64,000 bases of DNA, from the NCBI GenBank assembly GCA_965235115.1, contig OZ249443.1, forward strand, positions 2,542,001 to 2,606,000, written 5' to 3'. This document shows, one piece after another, positions 13,200 through 25,600 of this stretch; position 1 is the stretch's first letter; every line of letters starts with the position of its first letter. The notes under the pieces were generated by a model. It was not told where the DNA came from, searched no databases, and saw nothing but the letters and a program-made list of their open reading frames with translations. Made by a program: the position numbers and the translations under genes. This DNA comes from Laetmonice hystrix (taxonomy: Eukaryota).

Positions 13200-13510
13200 C
13201 CTATCATGGAAATAGATTCAAACCAAAGGAAATCAGAATTTTTCATGGATAACGGCACAAACGGGGCTCTCTCAGAAGGCCTGTGGAGACCCTGACACGC
13301 CCCACCATAGGAACTGGCTCTATCTCGGTGCGCACCGAGATAGGTTTCAAATGCTGCACACAAACTAATAGAAGGTTTATCAGGCCAATGGTATCGGTAG
13401 GAATTTTTTCTAGTACTATGTGCACAATGTATGATAGGAGAAATGTCATTCTGTGCGAGACGAATAGCACCTTTAATACTCGCTCAGACTATGAGACTCT
13501 GAGTACAATT
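13200..13510 (+). mobile_element. decayed LINE 3' end (C-terminal Cys/His region)
   Basis: Frameshifted pieces ...AHKLIE..., ANGIGR, LCAQCMIG, KCHSV resemble the SxHxLxIExGR...RLC..C...DE.HF terminus of L2/CR1-type ORF2. Confidence 0.4.
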
Positions 13511-14713
13511 TACGTCTCCAGTGTGACATGTCTCTGTGACTGTGTGACATAAAACTAATAATCTGCAACCATTAAAACCAAGTACTGACTGAGATTATGA
13601 GTTTACGTCCCTGTGACTGTGTGACATAAAACTAATAATCTCTGAGAGAAATATGGATAGGGATTTCAGCCGATAAAAACTATGACAGGTACTGACTGAG
13701 ATTATGAGTACTTACGTCCCTGTGACTATGTGACATAAAACTAATGATCTCTGAGAGAAATATGGATCGGTATTTCAGCCGATAAAAACTACGACAAAGG
13801 ACGACGAGTGGCTGAGATTGGTCAATGTTTGAATGAGAAATTAGCGAGGCGTGATGCGGCATGAGTCAGAGTTACCGACCGACTGGTTGACTGGCAGAGA
13901 TTGACATCACAGAATGATGGCTGATTAATGCCGGGACATGGACGGTTTGAACTGAGGAGGAGTAGGACAAGTTTGACACCCTACCCGCCCAGCAGGGGGA
14001 GCCACCAACATTACCCCTCAGTCTGTGATTGATACCAGAATCACGCGAACTCTCACAGTTCGATTGCATGCACGAGGTTTTATAATCGGTGTGTCAGACA
14101 AAGTGTACCAGGCGATATTGCATGCCTGAGGTGGTGTATCAGCGATATTGCACCCGTAAAAGTTCATCTGCGTATTAACAAACAAATGGCTTTGAGATGT
14201 GGCTGGGACGCTGAGTGAGAGGAAATGGCCTGGATTGATATTGAATGTAGACTATTCAGAGAGCGGCACAAACACCTTTGATAAAGACCTTGAACATCAC
14301 GCAAGGACGGCCAGTTTTTACCAGTTCACCCAAACAATCACTCTCAAATATTTGTACTTTCCTTGAGGCATTCTGTACCCAATTTACTTTGATTTTATCC
14401 ATAACAATTTTCATTCCCCTGAAATTCATATCACATTGATTGAAGATTGATCTTTTAATTTGATCGTATCTTGCAAACCTTTGACTTACTTCCAGTCCAT
14501 TTACGGATACCTTGATTATATTGGCTCAGCTTCCTCAGACTTCATGACAACCAGAGACAGAGATAGGGGGCAGGAAGTCGTATGTACCTTACCGTGTGTT
14601 GCACAGAAGGGTCAGAAGGTGTTTATTTTTTATTTTTTTTCAATTTTCAAACCATGGTAACGGAGTGATTGGTTGTAGTGAAACCGAATGACTCAGTCAC
14701 CTGTAGGACGATG

Positions 14714-15072
14714 GAGCGTGGGAGATTTCAGGCTGAGTGAAGAACAACAAGAGGTTCTTATCACTGATCGGATCTGTCTACTACCTGGAGTCCGGCTCAG
14801 TCTGGGTGGAGTCTGAGCTCAGTCTGGCTCAGTCTGGCTCAGTCTGAGCGTGGGAGATTTCAGGCTGAGTGAAGAACAACAAGAGGTTCTTATCACTGAT
14901 CGGATCTGTCTACTACCTGGAGTCCGGCTCAGTCTGGGTGGAGTCTGAGCTCAGTCTGGCTCAGTCTGGCTCAGTCTGAGCGTGGGAGATTTCAGGCTGA
15001 GTGAAGAACAACAAGAGGTTCTTATCACTGATTGGATCTGTCTACTACCTGGAGTCCGGCTCAGTCTGGGTG
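14714..15072. repeat. 132-bp tandem repeat, ~2.7 copies
   Basis: gagcgtgggagatttcagg... at 14714, 14846, 14978. Confidence 0.95.
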
Positions 15073-15445
15073 GAGGGAGGAGGGTGTTACCCTATGGTAG
15101 CATTCACACGGAAATGGGATAGGGGTAAGGTACCAAGGGGCAGGGGTAGCAGGGTTTCCTGGAGATTTCGACTTTTTGGGGGAATGGTGCGAGTTGGGGG
15201 GGGGGGGGGGGGAGAGTAATGCAAAATATTTCCCTCTGGAATTTTTTTGGGGGGGAGTAGCTGAATAATAGGAGGGGAGTACCCCCCCCCCCAAGGGGCT
15301 GCAGGAAACCAGGGTAGGATAGGGGGCAGGGTAAGGGGTAGGGTAAGGGGTAGGGGTAAGAGGCAGGACTAGGGGTAAGGATACGTTTTTGGGGAGTAGG
15401 TGCTAGGGTTAGTTTTGGGACTGGGAATTGATTGATATTAAATTG

Positions 15446-15686
15446 TCATCACAAACTTCATGGATAAGTTACCCTAGAGGATCCACGGGTTGGGAGTGGA
15501 GCACAATGACCAGGCCGTGAAGGAGGGGTGGGTCCCCACTCCCCAGGCAACCAGAGATCTATGTTCTCCGGTTCTCATCACAAACTTCATGGATAAGTTA
15601 CCGTAGAGGATGCACGGGTTGGGAGTGGAGCACAATGAACAGGCCGGGGAGGAGGGGTGGGTCCCCACTCCCCGGGCAACCAGAGA
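15446..15686. repeat. ~129-bp tandem duplication
   Basis: tcatcacaaacttcatggataagttacc... at 15446 and 15575. Confidence 0.9.
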
Positions 15687-16310
15687 TGTTTACGGTGTTA
15701 CAGTATCCAGGAATGAGAAGGTTTTAATGTGAAGGTGAGCCTCATGTCATTGAGAATCGTTCAACCACATGATGCGTCCATACACGCCTCGTGTGTACAC
15801 AGGATTACTTCACGATTAAAGTCGGCTACCTCAGCCCGGAGAAGTAGCAGTGAATAAAAAGGGAGAACGGGAAGAACCAAGAACAAAGAAGTAGAAGAAG
15901 AGGAAGCAGAAGAGTATTTGACCCCTAGCCCTACCCCTAGCTCCCCCTAGTGGCGACAAGGTGAAGCAGGGTGTAGTATCTGTATTCGCGTTATGGTGAT
16001 CACACTCATGGATCACTAGGGGCGGGAGGCGGGGGAAGGGGCTCACCCCACCCCCTATCTGAACTAAAAATCTATCACCTTTCTTAGGCACAAACCTTAA
16101 CCTACCCCTATCTTCCCTCTAACCCTAATTTCCCCGAATCCGCTGTCCAGCGACCTCGACCTTCACCCCCCCCCCCAGCCTGTGGTCCAGGTGACAGTGA
16201 GTCAGCCGTCAGGTAACAGACGCCGGGGGTGGCGCCACCACCCCCCTCGCTCTCACCTGGCCATTGATCTGACCCTAATCCTACCGTATATGTTGACCTG
16301 GAACTCTCCC

Positions 16311-16526
16311 ATGACGCTTGTATGCAATGTAGATTAGGTTCCCGGCCGTGACGCTTGTATGCAATGTAGATTAGGTTCCCGCCCGTGACGCTTGTATGCA
16401 ATGTAGATTAGGTTCCCGGCCATGACGCTTGTATGCAATGTAGATTAGGTTCCCGCCCGTGACGCTTGTATGCAATGTAGATTAGGTTCCCGGCCATGAC
16501 GCTTGTATGCAATGTAGATTAGGTTT
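16311..16526. repeat. 37-bp minisatellite, ~6 copies
   Basis: tgacgcttgtatgcaatgtagattaggttcccggccg. Confidence 0.95.
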
Positions 16527-16882
16527 CTGATTAATTGACCTGCCTCACCAGTCACAGACTTTGTATGCATATTTACCAATGAGATGTAAATTTGTCGGGG
16601 CAGACTTGGTCCAACACAATTCTAGCAGAATTTATAGGAAGTGGGGGTTAAGGTCGCGATTAGGAATCAAAACGATTTCTCTTAAAATCATTATTTTTTC
16701 GTTAGCGCTGTCGTAATTTCTGTAGCACCAAATACTGGATATATTCTGGATGGACTTAAGAACTCTCCCTCCGGATCAAGATCGTTCTCAGCCACCCAGG
16801 TACAGAGGTCATCGATTAGTATTACCGTATTGACGCACTTTTAGGCGCGTGTGCCTATATGCGGATTTTTGCGTTTTTTGAG

Positions 16883-17035
16883 GAAATATTTCTTCAGAAT
16901 CCTATCCCTAATCCTAACCTTAACCTCAATCCATTTGTATGTTCTTAATTATATTGTCTTATACCACAAAGTTGATTACCTAGGACCTGCATGACCAGGG
17001 AATCTAGGACTGACAGTTCTCCATTCCTTTCACAC
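16883..17035 (+). mobile_element. interspersed repeat, HINE-like, copy 2
   Basis: Homologous to 4546-4718; both copies end in cattccyttcacacc. Confidence 0.55.
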
Positions 17036-17145
17036 CTGGTTTCGATACACTGTGCAGTACTTGAGAGGTATATGGTGAGGCTGGTCGGTCTGTCGTTGGA
17101 CGGTGTGTGTTAAATACTGCCATCCACACGGGTGGTGGTGGGCAA

Positions 17146-17225
17146 GGCTCAGTGGCGCAGCGGTTAAGCCTCTGGCTCCTTGACCAACAGGGTCTGTCAC
17201 GTGGGTTCGAATCCTCCTCGGGCCA
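17146..17225 (+). mobile_element. tRNA-derived SINE head / tRNA pseudogene
   Basis: A box TGGCGCAGCGG, B box GGTTCGAATCC, partial GGCTC/GGGCC acceptor stem. D and anticodon arms do not fold cleanly. Confidence 0.7.
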
Positions 17226-18542
17226 GAACAACTTGCAATTCATGAAGAGTACTTGAAAGGTCCTTGAAGTGTTGACCAGGTAGTGTGCACACCTGTGGCG
17301 GCATTCCCCGATGGTAAATTCCCCACGCAATGTTTTTTGGCAGGGGTTCGGGTTAAGGTCAGGGCTAGGAATAGGATAGGGGGTATATCTTTGGGAGGTG
17401 TAGGGACAAGCCTGCACAGCAAACTTCTTTCTTTGAGCCCTTTTTAGAAGGTGACCTTGAGCCCGAGGCAATAATTGGTCAAAATTACTCACCGTCCTCT
17501 TGTATCTCTGCACCAGTTTTTATTTTTTTCCTAGAAAACAGAGAAATATTTTGAGAATGTGAAGTCAGAATGTGACACATTAGGATAGGAAGGTACGGAC
17601 CACACAATGTGCCGAGTCAGGTGGTCTGCTGGTAGTGATAGCCACAGGGAGGGAGGCGGGGAGCACGTATGAGATCGTGTATGCCATCATATCACCAGAA
17701 TGACATTGTAAAGTCATCATCCACCCTCCATCACTGACGGCTGGTAACGGCCGTCTATCTTCGTCTAGCGCCGCCTGGTGGCCATCCAGTGTCCATACTT
17801 ATCCCGCCTGGTCCACTCCCCACCGTAAATCTCTACCCAGCCCCGTGATTTGATATGTACACCAATAGGATATCAGCTTTCATACAGTGTCCATACAAAT
17901 GACAGTGTTAACTTGTCTGATTGGTCCAATTTCTAACCAGATTGTTACTTGGTTACGAAGCTGCGTGCCTGTAAAGTGGTGAGCTTGGTTTTATTTTCTG
18001 AGTACGAGAAATGCCAACAGTTAGGGTAAATGGTACGAATGTAGGGGTAGAATTAGGTGTATTCAAGACAATGTGTCTATGGATAAGTCTTGTCGTCATG
18101 ACAGTCAAGTACACGTTATTATAGATAGAGGGGAAATAGTGGGGCAATCTGGGGTCTACAGCCAGTCTCTGTTGATGTTACAAAATGTGACATGGCATCT
18201 GATTGGATGAGAAATGTAACCTTTAGGGTCACCAGCGGACAAGGATGCTCCGGTATCACCAAGGAGATCATTAGATTAGTTGTCAACCTAAAGGGTTGCC
18301 ATGGTAATGTGACCTGAGAGGCGGATGAGCGTCTGACATAATCACAATGATTGTCTGGTGATCCTTGGGAATTGTAGCCGGGAGTTCGGGTCAGTGGTGT
18401 GTGTGTGCAGGAATAGGGAGAGAGGTAAGGGAGGTCTTGGAACTAGTTTAGGTCTGAGGTGGGAATAGTGAGGTATTTTTACTTGTAACTACCAGATTCC
18501 GTGGGGTACCTGTAATCGCCATCCATCACCTGGCCAGGCCTG

Positions 18543-18752
18543 ACCTGGGATGGCTGGGATAGCCTGGGATAGCCTTGGATGGCCTAGGATGGCCTTGGAT
18601 GGCCTAGGATGGCCTTGGATGGCCTAGGATGGCCTTGGATGGCCTGGGATAGCCTTGGATGGCCTGGGATAGCCTTGGATGGCTGGGATAGCCTAGGATG
18701 GCCTAGGATGGCCTAGGATAACCTAGGATGGCCTAGCATGGCCTAGACTGGC
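18543..18752. repeat. 10-bp tandem repeat (ggatggcctw), ~20 copies
   Basis: Directly visible. Confidence 0.95.
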
Positions 18753-18840
18753 CTGAGACTGTGTGAGGAGCAGGACCAGATTACCTCACGTCACTCAAAC
18801 CAGGACTGATGCTGCAGTGATATTTAATCAGAGAAATAAA

Positions 18841-19030
18841 CTGAACAAAACGTTCAAACTACAATTTGATGGTTCCTTTACCTCCGTCCTTGCCTGCCAA
18901 ATGTTGAACAAAACGTTCAAACTGCAATTTGATGGTTCCTTTACCTCCGTCCTTGCCTGCCAAATGTTGAACAAAACGTTCAAACTACAATTTGATGGTT
19001 CCTTTACCTCCGTCCTTGCCTGCCAAATGT
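18841..19030. repeat. 63-bp tandem repeat, 3 copies
   Basis: tgaacaaaacgttcaaactacaatttgatggttcctttacctccgtccttgcctgccaaatgt. Confidence 0.95.
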
Positions 19031-19361
19031 TATTATTGATGGCTTGTAGCCGTTTTAATTGTGATCACGTGACCGCGTGTCCGCGAGATTTGAACGTCGT
19101 AAGCCTACAGGTGTAGATGAGATGTCGTTATGTTGTTGAAAGTCACTCTGTGACCTCCAGAACGGTATGTAAGTTGTAGCGGTATCTGTAGTGGTATGAT
19201 TGAAACCCTCACGGGTCGTTATGTTGTTGAAGATCACTCTATGACCTCCAGACCGGTATGTACGTGTGGTGTAGCGGTATCTGTAGTGGTATGATTGAAA
19301 CCCTCACGGGTCGTCTCATGACAGCCCCACTCCATGTAAACCCCATCCAATCGGACGTGGA

Positions 19362-19470
19362 ATGTCTCTCACTGCTCGTCATGAACCCGCCCGCCGCATT
19401 CCCCACCATGAACCAATCAGGAAGAGTTACATTCTTCACCGCGGTCCTGCTGGGCCTGTCAGTCGGCATG
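19362..19470 (+). CDS. probable first or early coding exon of RasGAP-like gene (MSLTARHEPARRIPHHEPIRKSYILHRGPAGPVSRH)
   Basis: 109 nt ending CAT G|gtaaca (phase 1), which joins in frame to exon 20577 (G+AA=E). A possible upstream acceptor lies at 19324, so the true start is uncertain. Confidence 0.45.
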
Positions 19471-20576
19471 GTAACACGGACCTGACAGCCAATCAGGGGG
19501 GTGGAAACTGATCACATTGCCTATCGGTCGTATTCACATTAAAACGGGCCAAGTTCTACTCAGGTATTTGTAACTTGGGCCAAAGGAATTTTATACGTTT
19601 GATTGCTTAGTAAAATTATCATCACTGGTGTGACTGGAAGGAGAAATATTGGATCAAATATAGGGCAGCGCCGGATCCATGGCAATATGGGTAGGAAAAA
19701 CAGTTTCTTGTAAAAATATATTAAAAAAGAAAAGATAAAAAAGGGCCTTATGAACAGACACTTAGTTAGGGCCTATAAACTGGAGGGGGCGGCGTTATCA
19801 GGGCTCCGTCCAGACGCTACCAGTCTGGACAGGGGAGATCAGACCAGGGAAGGTTTTGTACATGTATGTAGATTTCAAAAAGGGGTAGCTGGACAGTGTC
19901 AGGTAAGGGGGTGGGGGTCAGATGTGTTTCACCGTCTGAGTTTAGACCAGTGGGGATTATGTAGACTATAGTGAGGGGAGTTAAATTCCCCCCATGAAAG
20001 CACCATTTGACGTGCGGCAGAGCGGGGGTTGGATATTTTACCCCAGCGTTCGGAGATTCCTTGAGTGGGTCACACAGTTGTCAGTTTAATGTCAGTGTTA
20101 TTTTATGTTTTGTATGACATCCATGGCATGTTCTGGCAGCAGTGGCGCCGAGCGGGACGGCAGAGGGAGCAAGTCCTGAGGTCGATCTCTCTGCTTACAA
20201 TGCAGTCATTGTGACGTTTTTCTTACCGTCTTCTCAGAAATTGTGCTTACCAAGTTTGTCCTAGCAAAAACTTGACAGCAAAAACGAAAAGTGAAAAAAT
20301 TGTTCAGTGACATATACATGTATAATGTTATATCTGATGTTCTTGTTGATCTTTCTTGCAAGGTTTCCAGAACGTCGGCGGTTCCGTAGTTGTGTAGACT
20401 GCACACCAGGTGGCGCGGGGGCATATAATGCAACGTCTGTAGTAATCACACCAGGCGGCGCCACCAGTAAGGGGATATTTTGCAGCAAGCGTCGCCAGGC
20501 TAACGTATAGAAAACCCGTCAGGAATGTGTATTTAATAGCACATTGTTTAAAGTTCTGTTGTTTGATATATTTCAG

Positions 20577-20701
20577 AAGTAGAACACCGCCTTGCGCAGG
20601 ACCTGTTTGAACATGGGAAGATGGTTGTACCAATCTGGGAACCACACTTCTGTGTGCTTCAACAAGACCAGAGGAAACTTACACATCACCGCAATGAAAA
20701 G
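20577..20701 (+). CDS. exon of SynGAP/DAB2IP/nGAP-family (raskol-like) Ras GTPase-activating protein, N-terminal PH-like region
   Basis: Acceptor tttgatatatttcag, donor AAG|gtacca. Encodes (E)VEHRLAQDLFEHGKMVVPIWEPHFCVLQQDQRKLTHHRNEK. W.P..CVLQQDQ..LT recalls protostome RasGAP N-termini (from memory, not searched). Confidence 0.6.
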
Positions 20702-21057
20702 GTACCATATCTCAACTTCTCTCAGAAACATAAACACGGTGGGACTGGGAGACCGTGGGAGACTACATGGAGTAATAGCATTCTGTTCTCCCGACTTTAA
20801 GTAGATTTTTGTGTTGTTAGAGTATAAATCGTGTGGGAATAGTCAGGTGTTGTCATCCTCAGTTCTTTGAGTGATTGATAAAAATAAATATGTTTTATCA
20901 TTACGTGTCTGTGTTAGGGTCATCTCCTAGTTGATGTACCGTGTTATTATATTTACACGTATATTAAATATGTTTAAAATTCTCAATGGTCAGAAATTCT
21001 CACCCAAATGGAAAGATGGGAGTCTGCTGAGATTGAAGAAGGTAAGGTGTTGGGCGC

Positions 21058-21216
21058 AGACAGTGTCTGACGCAGACAGTGTCTGACGCAGGCAGTGTTG
21101 GGCACAGACAGTTTCTGAGGCAGACAGTGTTTGACGCAGACAGTGTCTGACGCAGACAGTGTTAGGCGCAGACAGTGTCTGACACAGACAGTGTCTGACA
21201 CAGACAGTGTCTGACC
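21058..21216. repeat. 16-bp palindromic-unit tandem repeat, ~10 copies
   Basis: cagacagtgtctgacg (CAGACA-G-TGTCTG). Confidence 0.9.
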
Positions 21217-22500
21217 CGGTTTGTTGAGACTAATCACTCTGGCAACCTCTCACTGACAGCTCCTCATACTCTGGTACCAAATGACAGGGACGAGTTGAAT
21301 GTTTGAATTAAGGTATGGTCATCTTGTGAGACAGACCAGCATGACTTTTGATAAACCCTTAAATACAATAATTCAAGCTAAAGCTTTTAGGTTTTAAATT
21401 ATGCACACTTCTCATGATGCTTTGTAACCGTTACAAAGGTTTCGTTTCATCTACTAAGATTGTGCATGAAGCTGACAATACAAGTTTTGATTCTGTCAAT
21501 ATCCTCCGTGTACCGTTTACTGAAAGGGCGCCAGGACACACGTGTAAATGTTACGTCTTGCCACCAGAGGGCGCGTAAAGCGAGTTAGTTTAGTAACCTA
21601 CCACCAGGTGGCAGCCCCACCTAAGCGTACCATTAAGACTGTTCATACACGTTTTGCGGGTTGACCGGCACGTAGTCATGTTAAGTCTTTCCTACTAACA
21701 CAACCCTCACCGTTCAGCTTGGTCAAAATCTTTCCACTTATTGAAGCAGAACTGGATCACGATCATATTTCTACCCGTTTGTGATTGAAAAAGTTGGAAG
21801 GTCGAGGGGAAACCTCAGAGTAAACCTTCTGGAGTGAGCGCAAATAAAGTGTCGGATAGTTAATCATATTTAAAGGACGTGCAGAAATTATCAAATACTC
21901 TCACCAGGACAGGCCGTCATAACTAACTGAGAATGAATCAACTTTACAGAGCTCTGAGCTGAATGTTTGCATGAGCTTATTAAAATTAAATGAGTATGAG
22001 CTTCACGTGTTTGGTCTGGGGTGATGTATTTTATAAAGTTCGTTATGTCTTGGTCCAAGTAACAGCTACCACCGCACGGTGCATGCAATTATCTCTAACT
22101 CCAGAATATCAGATACCGCCTCTACAGTTAGAACTTAACGAAGTAGAATCACAGATACTGTGGGTGAAATATAAAGGGTCTTTGTTCATTTATTTCTATA
22201 AATCCAGAATTATTTATTTAAAAGACTAAAGTTGTTAGAAAGGATGAACTTCCTAGTAAGTAGTAGCAAAGTTTTGGTGAGTTGGCAGAGGTGAAGATTG
22301 GACGACTCATCATTCGATGGGAGGTTGTGTTCAGTAACACGTAGCGTACAAAACGTAAGTTAATGTTATCAGATAGGCCGTTCAGCTTGCAACGTTTTGT
22401 AACTTTACCTGCCACTGAACGCATCCTTGGTACCTCCCGTACCGACTGTGGCGCCCCCTGTAGAGTTAGAGTGACACCAGCGGTGTATGTCTACCTTCAG

Positions 22501-22636
22501 AACGCCATCGACCACCCGAACCCGAAGAGCCTGAAGACTGTGAGACTGGACGGTGGGAAACAAGAGTTTGACAAACGGTGGGGTTACGAAACGCTGGAGA
22601 GTATCCGGGAGAACGCTATACAACACTTCCCATTCG
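22501..22636 (+). CDS. next exon of the RasGAP-like gene (NAIDHPNPKSLKTVRLDGGKQEFDKRWGYETLESIRENAIQHFPF)
   Basis: Acceptor tctaccttcag, consensus donor G|gtaagt, GC3-rich codons. Phase 0 matches the end of exon 20577-20701. VRLDGG...F...WGY recalls protostome RasGAP N-termini. Confidence 0.75.
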
Positions 22637-25600
22637 GTAAGTAGGCCTACCACGATCTGTGAACCTCGCATGTCAATAGTTCAGGGCCGGCGGGGGGGGG
22701 GGGGGGGCAGGGCTGGGGTTAGGGGCTGGGCTAGGGTTATGGGCTGGACGGGAGCAGGGCAGGGGTTATGGGTTGGGCGGGAGCAGGGCTGGGGTTAGGG
22801 GCCGTAAAATTTTCTTCCGCCGCCTATAGTAGGCTTTCATGTCATTACGGAATGTGAGAAGCGGGAACGGTGTTGTTTTTGCTGACCGCCAGGGTGTACT
22901 AGAGATTCCTCGTGCCGCTAGGTGGCGCCCTTAACCATCCTACCCATCATGGAAAGGCAGTTTCAAAGATGAAGTGGTTATGTTATTTTGGGAATAGGGG
23001 GCTACAGCTGAGACTGCAGTTTCGGATTTAAATTTTCATCTTTCATTTTGTGATACATGGCCTTTATGGAGTCTCCCTACAGTTATAGCCCACAAAATAG
23101 ACCCTGTCTTGTGGTGTGAGGTCTTTAAAAACGGGTGGGTGGGTGGGTGGGGGGGGGGGCTGGGATAGCCTGGTCCCCTGCCTACGAGACGCGTCCGCTA
23201 TGTCCGTAGTCAATACAGAGCTGGGGACTAGGCTAACTCTGAGAGAACTTAACTCCCGCCAGGGGGCGTTAAGGACCGGTGGCTCCACCTAACGTCTGGC
23301 ATTCCTCGTGACCACGACAGAGTGGTCGGACTCCGAAAGTCGTCAGGCTGAGATCAGAATGTGAACGCCCACCACTAGATGGCGCTGTGAGCGGTATGAG
23401 AAGGATAGATCTCCTCCGTCGTACAATCTGACGGTCTGGTACTGAGCTCGTTACCCGACGGTCTCCGACAAGTCGGATCACGTGGAGTTCGGGAGGTTCC
23501 GCGCTGCTCGGTCCGAGTAATGAGCGACCGTAACTCGCCAGAAATTATATCCGATCACTTGTGGGTGGGAAACATACCTGGCAGCTTTACCCTCCCACAT
23601 CTTACCCCACATGGAGGGTGATGTACAGTTGCCGGGAGCCTTGAGGGATTGACCGTGCTGTACCCCACCCCACAGATTAGATACCCCTCAGTAGTACATG
23701 GCTGAGTTACCCGGACACACAACCACCCCCCTCAGGTTGCAATGTAGGCAAACATTGACCAGTGAGTGCAATAACCTACGGACCAAGGTACCATCGGTCT
23801 TAAAAAGGTAGTTTTTTTTGGGGGGGGGGAGCTATAATGAAAGGACCAGGCCACTAGTTGGCTTTGGGAACTCAACATTTTCAATTATATTTGTATTTTA
23901 AGATCTATTTAAAGCATTAAAAACTCTGTGCAGTGATGGACGGTCGAGGTCTATAGCAGAGTGTCAGAGACGTGAGCATGTTTGTTTTGGTACCAGAGCG
24001 AGGCTGGGGGAAGGTATGACGAACTACTGTCAATCAATGGTTGATTGACAGGAGATGTAGGTAATGGTTGGATTATTAGGACAACCCCGTGGTAACTTCC
24101 ACGAAATTGGTTTAAATTGGTTTAAATTGATTGACAAGTTGATGTTGAAACTGGGTCAATGAACACTTCACAAAGTTAATGGTAGGCATGTGCACGTTGT
24201 AACACGGCACTGAGACTGGTACCCAAGATGAAATCAATAATTCTCTCGGTACGACCAGGCCTGGTTTAAACTGGCGGTGAACCTTTCCCATGACGTAAGC
24301 TGGAGACCTGGGAATCAACCCGGTCAGATTACAGAGACTGGAGTAAACTCCAGGGAGTTGGGAGGTTTGTGGGCGGTGAGGAGTAAAGGCATTGCCCATT
24401 GTGATGTGGCATGTTGGGTGGAAATTAAAAAAACCGTCCATGTAGGGAGGCAGAGGCAGCGAGGTGAGTCATGTCTTGTGAAAGGCTGGGTGAAGTGGAG
24501 AGTAGTAGGGGGTAGAATACCTTTATATTCCCTCTCACCCCCCACCCCCACCCCACCCCCGCCCAGTGGACGTCCCCGGCTGGAAGCCCTCGTACCATGT
24601 GTTACGTCGTCTGTGGGGCAACTCCTGGCTGACACACCGCCGCCGTGTCGTCGCTGCCGTTTCCCCTGCGGATATTTGCACTGCACGCTTGTCGTGACTG
24701 TGATGGATTGGGGGGCCAACTCGGGGATAAGTTTGACAGACCGGGTACTGGGCGTCAAGTCAGTCAGTTCTAGCTGGGAGCTGGGTGCGCTTGGAGTAAG
24801 AGAGAATCTGGAATCTGGGACACAGCTTCATTTCTAGGGTGAGTTCATTTTACCCCTTTCATCCTTTCTTTACGTCTGACCAACATAAACAGTTGATCAA
24901 CTTGATGAGACAATGATGTCATGTAGATTGGTTCCAGGCCACTGTTCCCCTTTGTGATTTACTAAAATTCATTACGCCTTCCCGTTATGATTCAGTCAGA
25001 CATTATCATAATAAGTCCTATACAACTTGAAATGAAACCAGAAAACACGGATTCCGTGTTATGTTTTGGTTATGTCATAAGGTATATTTATAAACTGACG
25101 CCAATACAGGCGTCAATTAACAGCCTAAGATCCTTCAATTAAAGGAGGCAAAATTTTGGGGGAATTGATAATTCAATTTTGAATGGATCGAGCTACTAAT
25201 TTTATATGTGTTGGTGGTTGTCAATGGCTGACCAAGGACTTTCTTACCTGTATGAATAGATAAATGCGTGGGTGGCTGAACCATTGTATGTGTGCTGATT
25301 CTGCACTGCTCTCGAAGAGATGATTTCCGCAGGAAATGATAATTTCATCCCCCTCTCAACTCCCCCAGTTTGGCACGAGTGTTTGACTCTGGCCTGAGTT
25401 GTGTGGTGATCGTGGTAAGTAAGGCGTGTACACCCGCCCACCAGACAACTCCACACACTCACAGATCAGCGCTGGTACAGAGTCCGGTGACACGTTTTGA
25501 ATATTCCCCCCTTGTCAAACTACCACGGGTTAGTTGTGCTTTTACCCCCTACCACTGCCACTTGTCAGTCTGCATCCTTCATGGACGGTTACATTATTAT

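Noticed and set aside
17146-17225. Functional tRNA gene
   Set aside because: A and B boxes are present, but the D, anticodon and T stems are mismatched; a SINE head or pseudogene fits better.
18496-18545. TsaD/OSGEP-like motif GVPVIAIHHL
   Set aside because: Lacks the following EAH/EGH, runs into a 10-bp repeat, and no other exons of the family are seen.
20573-20735. Minus-strand terminal exon (...EVWFPDWYNHLPMFKQVLRKAVFYF*)
   Set aside because: GC3-rich and open, but it is the antisense shadow of the plus exon, which has better splice sites and in-frame neighbours. Not fully excluded.
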